64,000 nucleotides of DNA from an uncultured Acidimicrobiia bacterium (GCA_963786955.1 CAWBAT010000005.1:1152001-1216000), one strand, 5' to 3'. Positions 40,456 to 52,501 are shown, counted from the first letter of the stretch. Made by a program: numbers and translations. Notes: generated by a model from the letters alone, not told the origin.

Positions 40456-42036
40456 TTAATGAATTCTCAGGACCAGTTCGTCCTTCTTCCGGTAAGAAGC
40501 TTGGCAGCTGACACATTCAGCCTGATCCGCCGGGGGATGAAATCGAATGCGTTCACCGCATTCACACATCCATCCTACCGGTCTGGCGGGATTGCCAATG
40601 ACTAGAGCATAGTCGGGAACATCTTTAGTCACGACCGCTCCCGCCCCCACAAACGAATAACGCCCGATGGTGTGTCCACATAGAATCGTTGCGTTGGCGC
40701 CAATGGTGGCTCCCTTCGCAACCCTAGTTTTCTGATAGGCGTGGCGCCGGTTCACGTGACTTCTCGGAGTGCCGACGTTTGTGAACACCATTGATGGACC
40801 CAGAAACACGTTATCCTCACAAATGACTCCTGTATAGACAGAAACATTATTCTGAACCTTTACATTTTCCCCCAAGATACAATGCGGTGAAATAACTACA
40901 TTTTGCCCGATCGTACAGTTTCTTCCGATCTCGCAATCCCTCATGATGTGAGAGTAGTGCCAGATTTTTGTACCACTCCCTATCTTGCAAGGCGAATCCA
41001 CCGTTGTCGTCGGATGAACAAAATAGTCTGGTTCTGCCTCCCCTGGTAATCCCATATTTGTTTCGATAGGCGTGCCATTTTGCTCCAGGGAATGCTGACA
41101 GGCCGTGAGAATGCGGAGAACTTTCAGCCCTTCTTCACCATCGGTTAATGGGGAACGGCGGGACTGAAGACACTCCAGGAAATGGAGACATTCCGCTTTC
41201 AAGGGTTCCTCGTTTACGTATTCAACCGGTATCCCGAGAGCCTTTTCAGATACCGGTTGACGCTTCACCCAGTGGATGACGTGTGGATAGATCAGAAGCT
41301 TGTGGTCGGGGGAAAGATCGTCGAATACCGCCATCTGTCGCTCACCGACTACGACCAACTTCTGTTCCTTAAAAGGGTGGAGCCAGCTCACGAAAATGTG
41401 GGCATTCGTGCCGCTCTTGAATTGAAAGTAGCTGACTGTCACGTCCGCGATCGATTTGTGCAAAAAATTCCCGCCAGAGGATGAGACCCGCACGGGCAAT
41501 TCATCCAATAATCCCAAGATTACCGAGATGTCATGAGGTGCAAAACTCCATAAGATGTTTTCTTCCGTTCGGATTTTTCCGAAATTCAGCCGGTTCGAAT
41601 ATACATAACTGATCTTGCCCAGTTCTCCTTGCTGGATGAGCTCCTTAAGCTTTCTTAGGGCGGGGTGATACTGAAGCAAATGTCCGACCATCAGTAAACG
41701 ATTTTGCCGGGCGGCCAGAGCTACCAACTGCTTCCCCTCATCTACATTCAGCGCCAAAGGTTTCTCCACGAACACATCTTTACCTGCCAGGAGGCACTCT
41801 TTGGCGAGCCGAAAATGCGTTTCCGCAGGTGTGGCGATCACAACTCCGCCAATCTCGGGATCCATTGTCAGTTCGTGGAGTAATGAAGTGAAAGAGATCT
41901 TTGGGTATTGTTGTTTGAGGTTTGTGAGGATGTCTTCCTGGACTTCACAGACCTTCCCCAATGCACCCAATTCTGACCAAACCCGCAAGTGGTGTTTGCC
42001 CCACGCTCCCGCTCCGATCAGACCAATTTTCATCAT
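40456..42036 (-). CDS. Fusion of Gfo/Idh/MocA oxidoreductase (WbpB-like) and hexapeptide N-acetyltransferase (WbpD-like)
   Basis: N-terminal GAGAWG and VEKP; C-terminal [27 protein letters not shown]. Confidence 0.9.
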   Translation of the reverse strand: MMKIGLIGAGAWGKHHLRVWSELGALGKVCEVQEDILTNLKQQYPKISFTSLLHELTMDPEIGGVVIATPAETHFRLAKECLLAGKDVFVEKPLALNVDEGKQLVALAARQNRLLMVGHLLQYHPALRKLKELIQQGELGKISYVYSNRLNFGKIRTEENILWSFAPHDISVILGLLDELPVRVSSSGGNFLHKSIADVTVSYFQFKSGTNAHIFVSWLHPFKEQKLVVVGERQMAVFDDLSPDHKLLIYPHVIHWVKRQPVSEKALGIPVEYVNEEPLKAECLHFLECLQSRRSPLTDGEEGLKVLRILTACQHSLEQNGTPIETNMGLPGEAEPDYFVHPTTTVDSPCKIGSGTKIWHYSHIMRDCEIGRNCTIGQNVVISPHCILGENVKVQNNVSVYTGVICEDNVFLGPSMVFTNVGTPRSHVNRRHAYQKTRVAKGATIGANATILCGHTIGRYSFVGAGAVVTKDVPDYALVIGNPARPVGWMCECGERIRFHPPADQAECVSCQASYRKKDELVLRIH

Positions 42037-42280
42037 CCCTCACTAATGATTTTTTCTGCGTTCGATACCTGACTGGATAAATCTTTACAATTGCGGATCA
42101 CATTAGCATATTCTTGAGCGGGCCTTCCGGCATAAGAAATTCGGGTCAAATTTATTTTGAAATCCGTTGTTGGTGTCGTCAATTTTTGCTAACGTGGCTT
42201 TCTGAGAATCACTGGACCGAGTGACATGGAAAAAATTCTATTCTGCCAGGGTGAAGGGGTCAACTTTTTACTCCAAATAT

Positions 42281-42835
42281 ATGAAAAATCGAATGTTACT
42301 TAGCCTATGGCTGACTGCATGGATTCTCGGAGTGCTTCTTGCCTCGGGTTCTTTGCCGATCCTTCAGGCTCAAGACCAGCTTGAACCTAAACGTCAGGCC
42401 GAACCGTTCATTCTTCCGACTTGGGATGGAAAAGTTCTCAAGTCGAGCCAGCTCAAAGGCCAAGTCATCATGCTTGAGTTTTTCCAAACCAGCTGCCCCG
42501 GCTGCCAGGAAGACGCCCCAGAGCTCGAACGACTCTACAAACAGTACAAGAAAAGGGGATTCATGGTTGTCGGCGTTTCGCATGATAGAGCAGGAGCTAA
42601 GGTAGTTGGGCCTTTCGTCACTAAATACAATCTCACCTACCCTGTTGTGATTGGAGATTTGTCGATTGCGGTCAGCTACATCGGGATTACGCCTTCCAAT
42701 CCCAGTTTTCGCATCCCCTACATTGTGCTCATCGACCGAAAAGGCTTTATCGTCGGGCAGTTTGAGCAAGGAAAGGATAAGGAAGCTACGGATCCAAAAC
42801 TTCTTGAAGCCCTCATCCAAAAACTCCTTGAATAA
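42281..42835 (+). CDS. TlpA/ResA-like thiol-disulfide oxidoreductase
   Basis: Signal or anchor segment, FFQTSCPGC, IPYIVLIDRKG. Confidence 0.88.
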   Translation: MKNRMLLSLWLTAWILGVLLASGSLPILQAQDQLEPKRQAEPFILPTWDGKVLKSSQLKGQVIMLEFFQTSCPGCQEDAPELERLYKQYKKRGFMVVGVSHDRAGAKVVGPFVTKYNLTYPVVIGDLSIAVSYIGITPSNPSFRIPYIVLIDRKGFIVGQFEQGKDKEATDPKLLEALIQKLLE

Positions 42836-43057
42836 ATCCCGGACTAAGGGTTAAGAGATCTCTCAATCAAGCATTCTTGGCTTATTCACGGGTTGCTTGA
42901 AGAGATGACGATGGACTTGCTTTAAAACAATCTTTATGAATCTTGATATCGAGCCCTTTTTCTGCTTCATTCACCCAATACCGAGACATCTGGACTCTCG
43001 ACGCGCCGTGGGTTACCCTGTCTGATAGATCCAGCCTTGGCATTAGGAGGACTACTC

Positions 43058-43435
43058 ATGCGCGCGCGCTATTCGTTACCTTCATGTTTCTTCACACCGC
43101 TCGCCAAACGCATGTTACTCGCGGTTACTTTGGGTTTGACGGTGATTGCAACATCCTCTTCCACTCCATCTCAGGATCATCAGCCTGTCCAAGACGATAA
43201 GGATCGTACCGTCACCTGTGTCTTCGTGAATCCGGGCTATTCCGGTTCCTGTACCGAGACAGCCCAAGCGCCTTCACGCCAACCCGCGCCAGAGGCTTGT
43301 GAGCCAATTCTTACTTGTCTCAACAACCCTCAATGCATGAAAACATATTGCGGAGCGACCACAGTTCGTTCCGGTTGGACTCTCGAATCCGCTACCGATT
43401 CACAGTCCTCACGTTCATCCACGTTCAAGAGGTAG
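43058..43435 (+). CDS. Small exported Cys-rich hypothetical protein
   Basis: AGGAGG RBS, signal-like segment, six Cys in the mature domain. Confidence 0.7.
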   Translation: MRARYSLPSCFFTPLAKRMLLAVTLGLTVIATSSSTPSQDHQPVQDDKDRTVTCVFVNPGYSGSCTETAQAPSRQPAPEACEPILTCLNNPQCMKTYCGATTVRSGWTLESATDSQSSRSSTFKR

Positions 43436-43639
43436 ATCCATAGAATGTAGAAAAGAACGCATGTTTCCTTGTCAAAGTGTGTGAAGATGCGAAATTGAAG
43501 GAAAGTCGGATCCTCTAAACCAAGGGGTTTTGTTGTTCACGGAGGGACAATTGGGCCTTCGTCGATGTTTTAGTCTCTCCAGCGAAGGGATTTGCATCCC
43601 TTCATTTCATCTCGCCACTCCGAGGGAGGTCTATTCTGC

Positions 43640-43669
43640 TTGACACTGATTTGACGCGGTTGCTAGACT
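43640..43669 (+). promoter_or_regulatory. Putative sigma70 promoter
   Basis: TTGACA, 18 nt, TAGACT with a TGn extension. Confidence 0.45.
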
Positions 43670-43718
43670 TTTTCAGCCAATTGAGGCGAAATTCGACCGG
43701 CCAAAAGGCGGTTTTAAT

Positions 43719-44369
43719 TTGAGAAAAGATACAGCGTGGGTAGCCTCGATCTGCCTTATATTGGGTGGCCTGATTGGTTACCTCCTCGGTGTCCAGATCA
43801 CTTCGCAGGAACTCCGCCGTTCACCCTCCACACAGGCTGTGAATCAGGCATCGGAAGCTCCTTCGGCAGCCCCAGCGGGGGGGGTACCGGAAGGACATCC
43901 CCCCATTGTCACGCAGTCTGACCTTGAGACGCTCAAGAAAGCAGTCGAAGCCACCCCTAAGAACGCAATTTTGCTCACAGAGCTTGCCAATAAGCTTTAT
44001 GATGCGGGACGGTATCAAGAGGCTGTCGGGTACTACCAGCAAGCCGTAAAGCTCGATCCGAACAATGTGAATGTGATTACTGATTATGGGACGGCGCTCT
44101 ACTACTCTGGAAAACCCGAAGAGGCGATCGCCCAATACAGCCGTTCACTCGAAATCGACCCTCGCCACATCCAATCACTGCACAACCTGGTCATCGTCAA
44201 TTTGCAGGGCAAGAAAGATATCGCAGCGGCGACGGCCGCATTGAATCGACTCAAGGGCATAGAGCCTAATAATCCTTCAATACCGGAATTGGAACGCATG
44301 ATCAATTCGGGCAATTCCGCTGGACAGTCCCCTCCTGCCGGAAGCAACCCACGACAGCGAATCTTCTAA
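43719..44369 (+). CDS. Membrane-anchored TPR protein with PEGHPP motif
   Basis: N-terminal TM, Ala/Pro linker, PEGHPP, about three TPRs. Confidence 0.85.
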   Translation: MRKDTAWVASICLILGGLIGYLLGVQITSQELRRSPSTQAVNQASEAPSAAPAGGVPEGHPPIVTQSDLETLKKAVEATPKNAILLTELANKLYDAGRYQEAVGYYQQAVKLDPNNVNVITDYGTALYYSGKPEEAIAQYSRSLEIDPRHIQSLHNLVIVNLQGKKDIAAATAALNRLKGIEPNNPSIPELERMINSGNSAGQSPPAGSNPRQRIF

Positions 44370-44372
44370 TCA

Positions 44373-44636
44373 ATGAGATTTCTATTCCCCCTTCTTTTTT
44401 TCTTGCTCATTTTTTATGTGATCCGGTCTATCCTTCAAGGATTCACCGAGGGGACTCGGGCTTCAACCTCGAAAAAAGAATCTGGCAAGCCTGGCGTCAA
44501 GATGGGAAGGATGGAAAAAGACCCTGTGTGTGGGATGTATGTCGATGTGGCTACATCAGTCGCAGCCACCTTTGAGGGGGCGACTAAGTACTTTTGTTCG
44601 ACTGAGTGTCTGAACAAATACAAGAAAGCCGTTTGA
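44373..44636 (+). CDS. YHS (TRASH) domain membrane protein
   Basis: KDPVCGMYV...YFCSTEC. Confidence 0.9.
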   Translation: MRFLFPLLFFLLIFYVIRSILQGFTEGTRASTSKKESGKPGVKMGRMEKDPVCGMYVDVATSVAATFEGATKYFCSTECLNKYKKAV

Positions 44637-44672
44637 ACTCGATTTTGATTCACAGTCTTTGGAGGATCCTTC

Positions 44673-45922
44673 GTGAAAGAAACTCAAAATCTGTACGAGA
44701 TTGCGAAAATGCGATTTGAAATGGCAGCCGATGCCATGAAACTCCCTTCTGATTTAAGAGAGGTGATGCTCCATTCCAAACGCCAACTCATTGTTTCCCT
44801 GCCGGTGCGGATGGACAATGGAACGATCCGAGTGTTTGAAGGTTACCGGGTCCAACACAATATTGCACGCGGTCCCGCTAAAGGTGGCATTCGCTACCAC
44901 CCCAGCGTGACCCTCGACCAGATCAAAGCTCTCGCTCAACTGATGACGTGGAAATGCGCGACGGTCAATATCCCTTATGGGGGTGGAAAAGGCGGGGTCA
45001 TCTGCGACCCGAAAACCATGTCTCAGGGCGAGTTGGAGCGGCTGACCCGAAGATATGCCTCGGAGATTCTGCTCTTGATTGGCCCTGACAGGGATATCCC
45101 GGCGCCTGATATCAACACCGATTCTCAGACCATGGCGTGGATTATGGATACCTATTCCATGACCGTGGGCCATTCGATGCTGGGAGTCGTCACCGGCAAG
45201 CCGGTCGCTCTGGGCGGTTCTAAGGGTCGCGAAGAAGCTACCGCCAGAGGATGCTGGTATGCCATCCGAGAAGCTTGCAAAGTTAAGAACATTCATCTCA
45301 ATAACGCAATCGTGGCAATCCAGGGGTTTGGCAGTGTGGGAACGACGACGGCGCGACTACTCCATGAAGATGGAGCTAAGATCATTGCCTTGAGCGATTC
45401 CCGAGGAGGTGTGCTCAACTTAAAGGGAATCGACATGAAAGCCGCTCTGGAACATAAGCGGAAAACAGGCCGGCTTGAGAGCCTAAAAGGCACAACTGCA
45501 ATCTCCAACGCGGAATTGTTGGAGTTGAAGTGCGACATCCTTGTTCCAGCCGCAATGGAGAACCAGATCACCTCAGAAAACGCTTCTAAGGTGAAAGCTA
45601 CGATCCTGGCGGAGGCTGCCAATGCGACGACTACTCCTGCGGCGGATGAGGTCTTGATCAGGAACGGCACTTACCTGATTCCTGACATTCTGTGTAATTC
45701 AGGCGGCGTCATCGTGTCCTATTTTGAGTGGGTGCAAGACCTGCAGGGGCTTTTCTGGTCTGAAGGAGAAGTCAACAACCAGTTGGAAAAAATCATGATT
45801 CGGAGCTTCCAGGAAGTCCACGACATTTCCCAGAAAAGAAGAAGGACATGCGGGTGGCGGCTTATGTCCTGGCCGTAGGCCGAGTGGCTGATGCGACAAA
45901 CGCGCGAGGGCTCTTTCCCTAA
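44673..45922 (+). CDS. gdhA: Glu/Leu/Phe/Val dehydrogenase, probably glutamate dehydrogenase; one apparent frameshift near 45840
   Basis: GPAKGGIRYHP, GGGKGG, DIPAPD, VTGKP, SYFEWVQ; the normal C-terminus DMRVAAYVLAVGRVADA..RGLFP continues in another frame to TAA at 45920-45922. Confidence 0.9.
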
Positions 45923-46011
45923 GAATTGACACAATCCGTTCGATCTCTGGGACCCGGCCCCGACTTTATTCCCGCGAAATGGAAATTGGTTTTGCAGAAC
46001 CCGCCAGCAGA

Positions 46012-46032
46012 GGCGGTCTTAATGATACCGCC
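46012..46032. terminator. Hairpin between convergent gdhA and pyrC
   Basis: GGCGGT-cttaatgat-ACCGCC. Confidence 0.3.
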
Positions 46033-47322
46033 CTACCTTACTGGCGGAGCCTGATACACGACTTTACCGGCCATGATGGTGGCTGTCACTCTTCCCTTGA
46101 GTTTTGTCCCATGAAAAGGTGAATTCCGGCTTTTTGACCGTGTCTGATTCACATCGTATACCCATTCGTGATCCAGCCCAAAAACCGTCACGTCTGCTTC
46201 GGCCCCTACTTTGAGAGTGCCAAGCGACTTATTGATAATCTTTGCTGGATTGGTGGAGAAGAGTTCTACCAACCGTTTTAAGCTAATTTTTCCTGTGTGA
46301 TAGAGTTGGGTAAGGGCAAGACTGAGTGCTGTCTCCAAGCCAATAATCCCGAACGGCGCGCAATCAAATTCCAGCATTTTTTCGTTCGGATTATGGGGGG
46401 CGTGGTCGGTTGCAAGACAGTCCACGGTTCCATCGGCAATCCCCTCCACAAGTGCTTCGATATCCTTCTCAGTTCGCAAGGGAGGATTCATTTTTGTATT
46501 CGTGTCGTAACCGCAACAGGCGGCATCAGCCAGCGTGAAGTGATGGGGAGTGACCTCGCAGGTGACATCAATTCCTTTTTGTTTGGCGGCACGTACTAGC
46601 TCGAGTGCACCTTGGGTAGAAAGGTGAGCAATGTGGATATGCGCGCCCGTCAATTCTGCAAGCAAAATGTCACGGCTCGCCATCGCATCTTCGGCCGTGC
46701 GACTGATTCCTTTTAGGCCCAAGACGGTCGAGTAGTAGCCCTCATTCATGGAACCCTTTGCGGAAAGGTGCAAATCTTCACAGTGCTCAATGACCGGGAT
46801 TTTAAAGGGTAAAGAATATTCCATCGCACGACGCATCAATTGTCCGTTCATGACCGGCTTTCCGTCGTCGCTGATGCCGACGGCCCCGGCACTCACCATC
46901 TCCCCAATCTCGGCCAGTCGCTCACCGGCACTTCCCATGCTGATGGCGCCGATCGGAAAGACGCGGGTTACGGCCCTTCGTTGTGCTTCTTCACAAATGT
47001 ATTTGGTCACGGTGGGACTATCGTTGATGGGGTTGGTATTTGGCATGCAACAGATGGTCGTAAATCCTCCTGCGGCAGCTGTCCGGGATCCGCTCTCTAT
47101 GGTTTCTTCGTCTTCCCGTCCGGGCTCTCGCAAGTGCACGTGGAGATCAATAAAGCCAGGTGAGACGATGAGTCCCGTCGCGTCAATGATCTGATCGGCG
47201 GAGGCTTTGAGGTTTTGTCCAACCTTGCTGATTCTTCCGTCATCAATGAACAAGTCACTGACAGCGTCTAATCCCGAGGCGGGGTCCACTATTCTTCCAT
47301 TTTTGATCAGTAGCGAATTCAA
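46033..47322 (-). CDS. pyrC: Dihydroorotase
   Basis: DLHVHLREPG, CMPNT, EVTPHH, KMNPPLR, TDHAPH. Confidence 0.96.
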   Translation of the reverse strand: MNSLLIKNGRIVDPASGLDAVSDLFIDDGRISKVGQNLKASADQIIDATGLIVSPGFIDLHVHLREPGREDEETIESGSRTAAAGGFTTICCMPNTNPINDSPTVTKYICEEAQRRAVTRVFPIGAISMGSAGERLAEIGEMVSAGAVGISDDGKPVMNGQLMRRAMEYSLPFKIPVIEHCEDLHLSAKGSMNEGYYSTVLGLKGISRTAEDAMASRDILLAELTGAHIHIAHLSTQGALELVRAAKQKGIDVTCEVTPHHFTLADAACCGYDTNTKMNPPLRTEKDIEALVEGIADGTVDCLATDHAPHNPNEKMLEFDCAPFGIIGLETALSLALTQLYHTGKISLKRLVELFSTNPAKIINKSLGTLKVGAEADVTVFGLDHEWVYDVNQTRSKSRNSPFHGTKLKGRVTATIMAGKVVYQAPPVR

Positions 47323-47325
47323 AGC

Positions 47326-48312
47326 TTAAGAGTCCTCCTTTGTCTCCCCGGTTAAGAGGAACAAAACAGCCATTCTTACGGCGACGCCGCTAGTAACCTG
47401 GTTCATAATGACTGAATATTGCCCGTCGGCTACGTTTGAGTCAATTTCGACCCCCCGATTGATCGGGCCCGGGTGCATGATGATTGCGTCAGGCCTCGCC
47501 GCTTTCATGCGATTCGCACTTAAACCGTAATAACGGAAATACTCCCGAACAGAGGGAAAGAAAGCCTCCTGTTGCCGTTCTAATTGAATGCGCAGCATCA
47601 TGACCACATCGGCATCCCGAAGGGCTTCATCCATATCGAGTGTCACTTTCAGACTCCCGAGGTTTTCAGTTTTCGCTCCAGAGAGGGATTCACGACCGAT
47701 TTCATCCAGCATCCGTTCAAACTTAAGAGGGATCAGAGTCGGAGGCCCGCACACGGTAATGTGCGCACCCATTTTCCCTAACAAGAGGCAATTCGACCGG
47801 GCGACGCGACTATGGGTAATGTCTCCGATGATAGCCACCCGGAGATCTCGTAAGGATTTCTTATGATCGAGAATCGTGAGCGCATCCAGCAATGCCTGGG
47901 TGGGATGTTCATGGGAGCCATCCCCAGCATTCACAATCGAAGCACTGCAGACTTTGGCCAATTGATGGGGTGCCCCTGAAGAAGAGTGTCGGATCACAAT
48001 GACGTCCGGTGCCATAGCCTGCAAGTTCTTGGCAGTATCGATCAGAGTTTCACCCTTCACCACACTGCTCGTCGAAACAGAGATATTGATGACATCAGCA
48101 CTGAGTCGTTTTCCCGCAATTTCAAAGGATGTTCGAGTTCGGGTAGACGCCTCAAAGAAAAGATTGACGATGGTCTTTCCCCGCAAGGTGGGGACTTTCT
48201 TAATAGGCCGAGTCGAGATCTCCCGGAGAGACTGGGCTGTCTTGAGGATGAGCTCGATTTGCTCTGGAGAGACTCCCTGAATTCCAAGCAGATGTTTCAA
48301 GCCTAAAGCCAC
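47326..48312 (-). CDS. pyrB: Aspartate carbamoyltransferase catalytic subunit
   Basis: [31 protein letters not shown]. Confidence 0.97.
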   Translation of the reverse strand: MALGLKHLLGIQGVSPEQIELILKTAQSLREISTRPIKKVPTLRGKTIVNLFFEASTRTRTSFEIAGKRLSADVINISVSTSSVVKGETLIDTAKNLQAMAPDVIVIRHSSSGAPHQLAKVCSASIVNAGDGSHEHPTQALLDALTILDHKKSLRDLRVAIIGDITHSRVARSNCLLLGKMGAHITVCGPPTLIPLKFERMLDEIGRESLSGAKTENLGSLKVTLDMDEALRDADVVMMLRIQLERQQEAFFPSVREYFRYYGLSANRMKAARPDAIIMHPGPINRGVEIDSNVADGQYSVIMNQVTSGVAVRMAVLFLLTGETKEDS

Positions 48313-48393
48313 ACAGGCACCTCGATCTTGTTGCGACTTAAAGTGATTTGGAATGGCATGATTGAATGGCTCTGCAACGGACTGCGTTTAAGG

Positions 48394-48939
48394 TTAATTC
48401 TTTTCCACCAATAAGACCTGATCCAGTTGATCGATCTCACGAAGCCGAACTTCCACCATTTCGTCCTCTGTTGTCTGAATGCATTTGCCGATGAAATTAG
48501 CTTCAATTGGCAATTCACGCAGGCCACGATCGATAAGGACGCAGAGCTGAATCCCCTTGGGCCGACCAAAATCCAGCAGGGCATCCATGGCGGCGCGAAT
48601 GGTCCGGCCCGTATAGAGTACGTCGTCGACCAGAACGATCACGTTCTCGGAGATCGGAAAGTTGATTTCCGTCTTCTGGATGACCGGCTGATTTGCCACT
48701 GTAGAAAGGTCGTCTCGATAGAGATTGATGTCCAGATAACCGACCGGTACCTGAAATTTCTCACGCTCGGAGATACATTGAGCCAGGCGATCGGCCAATG
48801 GAACACCCCGCCGGCGAATGCCGACCAGAGCGAGATGACTTGTGCCCCGATTGCGCTCGATAAGTTCATATGCCAGCCGATTGACGGCCCGCTCGATGTC
48901 GGTGGCATTCATGACTTGAGCTTTCTCACGGATACTCAT
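48394..48939 (-). CDS. pyrR: Pyrimidine regulator / uracil phosphoribosyltransferase
   Basis: LDINLYRDD, LVDDVLYTGRT, DRGLRELPI. Confidence 0.96.
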   Translation of the reverse strand: MSIREKAQVMNATDIERAVNRLAYELIERNRGTSHLALVGIRRRGVPLADRLAQCISEREKFQVPVGYLDINLYRDDLSTVANQPVIQKTEINFPISENVIVLVDDVLYTGRTIRAAMDALLDFGRPKGIQLCVLIDRGLRELPIEANFIGKCIQTTEDEMVEVRLREIDQLDQVLLVEKN

Positions 48940-49061
48940 GAGCTTTGCAGGGTGAGACGACTGAGTTGGTCCCCATCATTAAGGAGGGAACCAGAGTTGA
49001 GATGAGTAACTGACTGTTCTATCTTGCAGGAGGTGCAAGATAAGTGTCTAAAACCGGTTTC

Positions 49062-49089
49062 ATAGTAGCACAATGCGTCTGCATGTCAA
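49062..49089 (-). promoter_or_regulatory. Putative sigma70 promoter of pyrR-pyrB-pyrC
   Basis: Minus strand: TTGACA, 16 nt, TACTAT with a TGn extension. Confidence 0.5.
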
Positions 49090-49261
49090 AGAGCCCTCAA
49101 AAATGGAAAAATGAGAAGTAAGGTAGAGAATTGTCGATGGGTTTCATATGAGCGAAGGACTCCTCTCTTGGGATAGTTGTTCCTCAGTTTTTGTGCGCGA
49201 TATGGTATTTTATGATCGCATCGAAGAAAGGATACACATCAATCCCGTGGGTGAACGCAGA

Positions 49262-52200
49262 ATGAAACCAGAGGATCTGCTTTTAGCGGCCGAACTGGAT
49301 TCCGCAAAAGCTTCCCAGATTCTAAAGAAATACGGATTTAAAGATCCGGAATGGGGCAGACCGTAATCTGCAGTTGATGGCTGAGGACCTCTCAACCCGT
49401 CTCATTCTGGCCCGAATCATCGGAATTTATTGGAAGCTGCCAAGAAATGTCCCGACCCTGACTCTGCCATCAATTACTTTGAAAGACTTTTGGCCAATGT
49501 AGCGCATTCGAGCAATTTCTTGGGATTTCTGGGAGATACTCCTGAAGCGCTCGAGGCCCTGATCCTTCTGCTTGGAACCTCCCCGTTCAGCGCCGAGATT
49601 CTGATCCGAAACCCCGAATACTTCTACTGGATCCTGGATGAGTTGGGGACTCCGTGGATCAAGCCGTCATCGGCTTATCTTCAAGAAGCGCTGCAGGCGA
49701 AGGAGCCCTTTGAAGATGGAGAGCAGCAGTTGCGGGCACTCGGCCGATCTCAAACGGCGGGAAATCCTACGAATCGGCGCCAGAGACATTTTGAGAGCTG
49801 CAAACGTACTGGGGACAATTACCGAGCTTTCAAATTTAGCCGATGCTGTTTTGCAATCTATTTACTCCATATGCTTTCAGAACCTGGCTGGGAAACATGG
49901 CATCCCTTGCTTTCTGGATGCGTCAGGTAAATTGAGAAGGGCCCGGTTTACAATTCTAGCAATGGGAAAACTAGGCGGGTGCGAACTCAACTACAGTTCA
50001 GACATTGATCTGATTTTTATCTACGATGGGGAAAACGGGAATACGACATCCGCTGAAAGCCTGCTGGAATCCAATCAACCGGGAGATCCAGAACGGACGC
50101 CCGCTATTTCTACAATCCCCCGGCCTCCAATTCTGGAAGATCTAAAATCCATTTCAAACACCGAATTCTTTACCAAGCTTGCCCAAACCATTACGCACGA
50201 ACTCTCGAGTATGACTGAGGAGGGATATTTCTACCGAGTGGATCTCCGACTCCGCCCCGAGGGGAGTGCCGGTCCGGTGGCGAGTTCATTCACGGCCTGC
50301 AAAAACTATTACTCCAGCTGGGGGGAAACTTTTGAGCGAATGGCGCTGATCAAAGCCCGACCGGCAGCAGGTTCCACGGAGCTTGGAGACGAGTTCTGCA
50401 AAGCCTTCAACTCTTTCGTTTACCGGAAGTTCTTGGATTTTGCCGCTTTAGAAGAGATCCAGGAGATTAAGACTCGGATTGAATCAAAACTGACTGCCAG
50501 GAAAAAAAATGTCCGGCACGTTAAACTCGGAGCGGGCGGGATCCGTGAAATTGAATTCTTCGTCCAGGCGCTCCAGTTAATCTATGGAGGTCGAAATCCG
50601 CAAATACAGGACCGCAGCACGGTCAAGACGCTCAGCCTTCTGCAGGGGAACCAATTTATTTCTACCGACGAGAGTGCAGGACTGCTGGATGCCTACTGTT
50701 TCCTGCGCGACTTGGAGCACAAGCTACAGATGGTTAATGAGCTCCAGGCCCATGAACTTCCCGAAGACGAGGAGGAACTCTACAAATGTGCCCGGCGAAT
50801 GGGCTTTCTGGAAAAGTCTCGTGCCGAGACGATCAAAACATTTTCTGAAAAAATATGAATCACACACAACCTATGTTCGGGATCGCTTTCAAAAGCTTAT
50901 TTCTCTGAAGAGAGACGAGTGGTCCGGCGGCCAGATGCGAGAGGCCTCTCTGATTCTCAGCAAGAACCTCTCAAAACAGGAAGCCTTGGAAATCCTTGAC
51001 AGACCGGGGTTCGAAGACCTCCAGACAGCTTATAATCAAATCTGCTTGCTCCGCGATGCTCCTTCGTTTGCCCACTCGCCCTCAAAGATGCGCAATTTGC
51101 TGGCGAACCTCATGCCATCCCTTCTTGAGACCCTCAGGGTTAGTCCTGATCCGGATACAGGCTTGAACTTCTTCGAGCAGTTTGCCAGTGCATTAGGAGC
51201 CCGCGATTCTCTATACACTCTCCTGAACGAATCCCCCAATGCTCTTCACAGTCTCATTCGAGTTCTCTCCAGCAGCCAGTTTCTCGCGGATTTTCTTTGC
51301 CGAAACCCCGAATTCCTGGATGCCATTATCAAACTAGAATATTTAGAAGAGGCAAAACAACTTGAAGAATACAAATGGCAGATCAGAGAGATCCTTTCGG
51401 AGGAAAACAGCTTTGAGAATCGTGTTCAGGCCCTCAGAAAGCTTACACGAGGAAGAACTATTCCGCATTCAGGTAAGGGATGTCTTGGATCAATGTGATC
51501 GTCCATTGGTCGGTAAACAATTGGCTGCCTTGGCGGAAGCATGTTTAGAAGGGGCATTTTTGCTTGCCTGCCAAAGACTGGAAGAGCATGAAATGAGTTC
51601 CTTTCAGTCATGGGCGCAAGATCACTTTGTCATCCTTGCCCTTGGAAAATTGGGGGGAAATGATCTGAGCTACCAATCGGATTTGGATCTTGTCTATTTC
51701 TATTCGGTTGATTCAGAGACGAATTCGATCGGACGCAACGCCGCCTCACTCGTTTGGTAGAACAAATCGACCAGATACTAAGCGTCTCGACAGGAAAGGG
51801 CGCGATCTACAAGATCGACACCCGCCTCCGTCCTGAAGGAAAGAAAGGTGGATTAGTCACCCCTTACTGAAATACCAGCAATATCTCGAACATCGAGCCC
51901 AGCCTTGGGAACGGTTGGCGATGGTTCGCCACCGCTTATGATGGGGAGCTCAAGAAATCGTGCCATGCATTCTGAAATGGTGAGGGGCTTTGTCTTTCAG
52001 TCGGAATTTCCGTCCATCCGTGGTCAAGGAGATTGCCCATATCCGTCACCGAATGGAAATAGAATTGGCGAAAGAGGCTGAAGAAAATAGTTTTCATATC
52101 AAGGCAGGGGCTGGCGGGTTAGTGGATATTGAGTTTGCCGTACAAATGATGCAGTTGAAACATGGGTGCCGGCATCCTGCTTTACAGATTTCCAATACTC

Positions 52201-52501
52201 TTCATCGCCCTGACGGAAATCAGAGAATTGGGGCTTATTTCGCTTTCTGATTTCCAGGTTCTCTATCTCGGGTACGAGTTCCTCCGTTTCCTGGAAAATC
52301 GATTGAGGATTGCCTCTCCTTTTGGCTCAGGAACCTTTCATCGTCAATTACAAAGTCTAGGGAAAACGTCACGCCTACTTGGGATATTCAAGCACGAATG
52401 ATCCTAGGGCCGCCAAGGATTTCGAAGGTGCGTACCTCGACATCACGAGTTCCGTAAGAAATGTGTACCAGAGAATCATGAATCAGTTGGCCTTATCATG
52501 A
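49262..52501 (+). CDS. glnE: Bifunctional glutamine synthetase adenylyltransferase/adenylyl-removing enzyme; several apparent frameshifts
   Basis: Two nucleotidyltransferase halves (MGKLGGCELNYSSDIDL, YRVDLRLRPEG, VKLGAGGIREIEF; LGKLGGNDLSYQSDLDL, IDTRLRPEG, KAGAGGLVDIEF) spread over several frames. Confidence 0.9.

Noticed and set aside
45830-45922. Programmed frameshift at the gdhA C-terminus, and likewise in tsaC or menG
   Set aside because: Part of a region-wide indel pattern; no recognised recoding signal.
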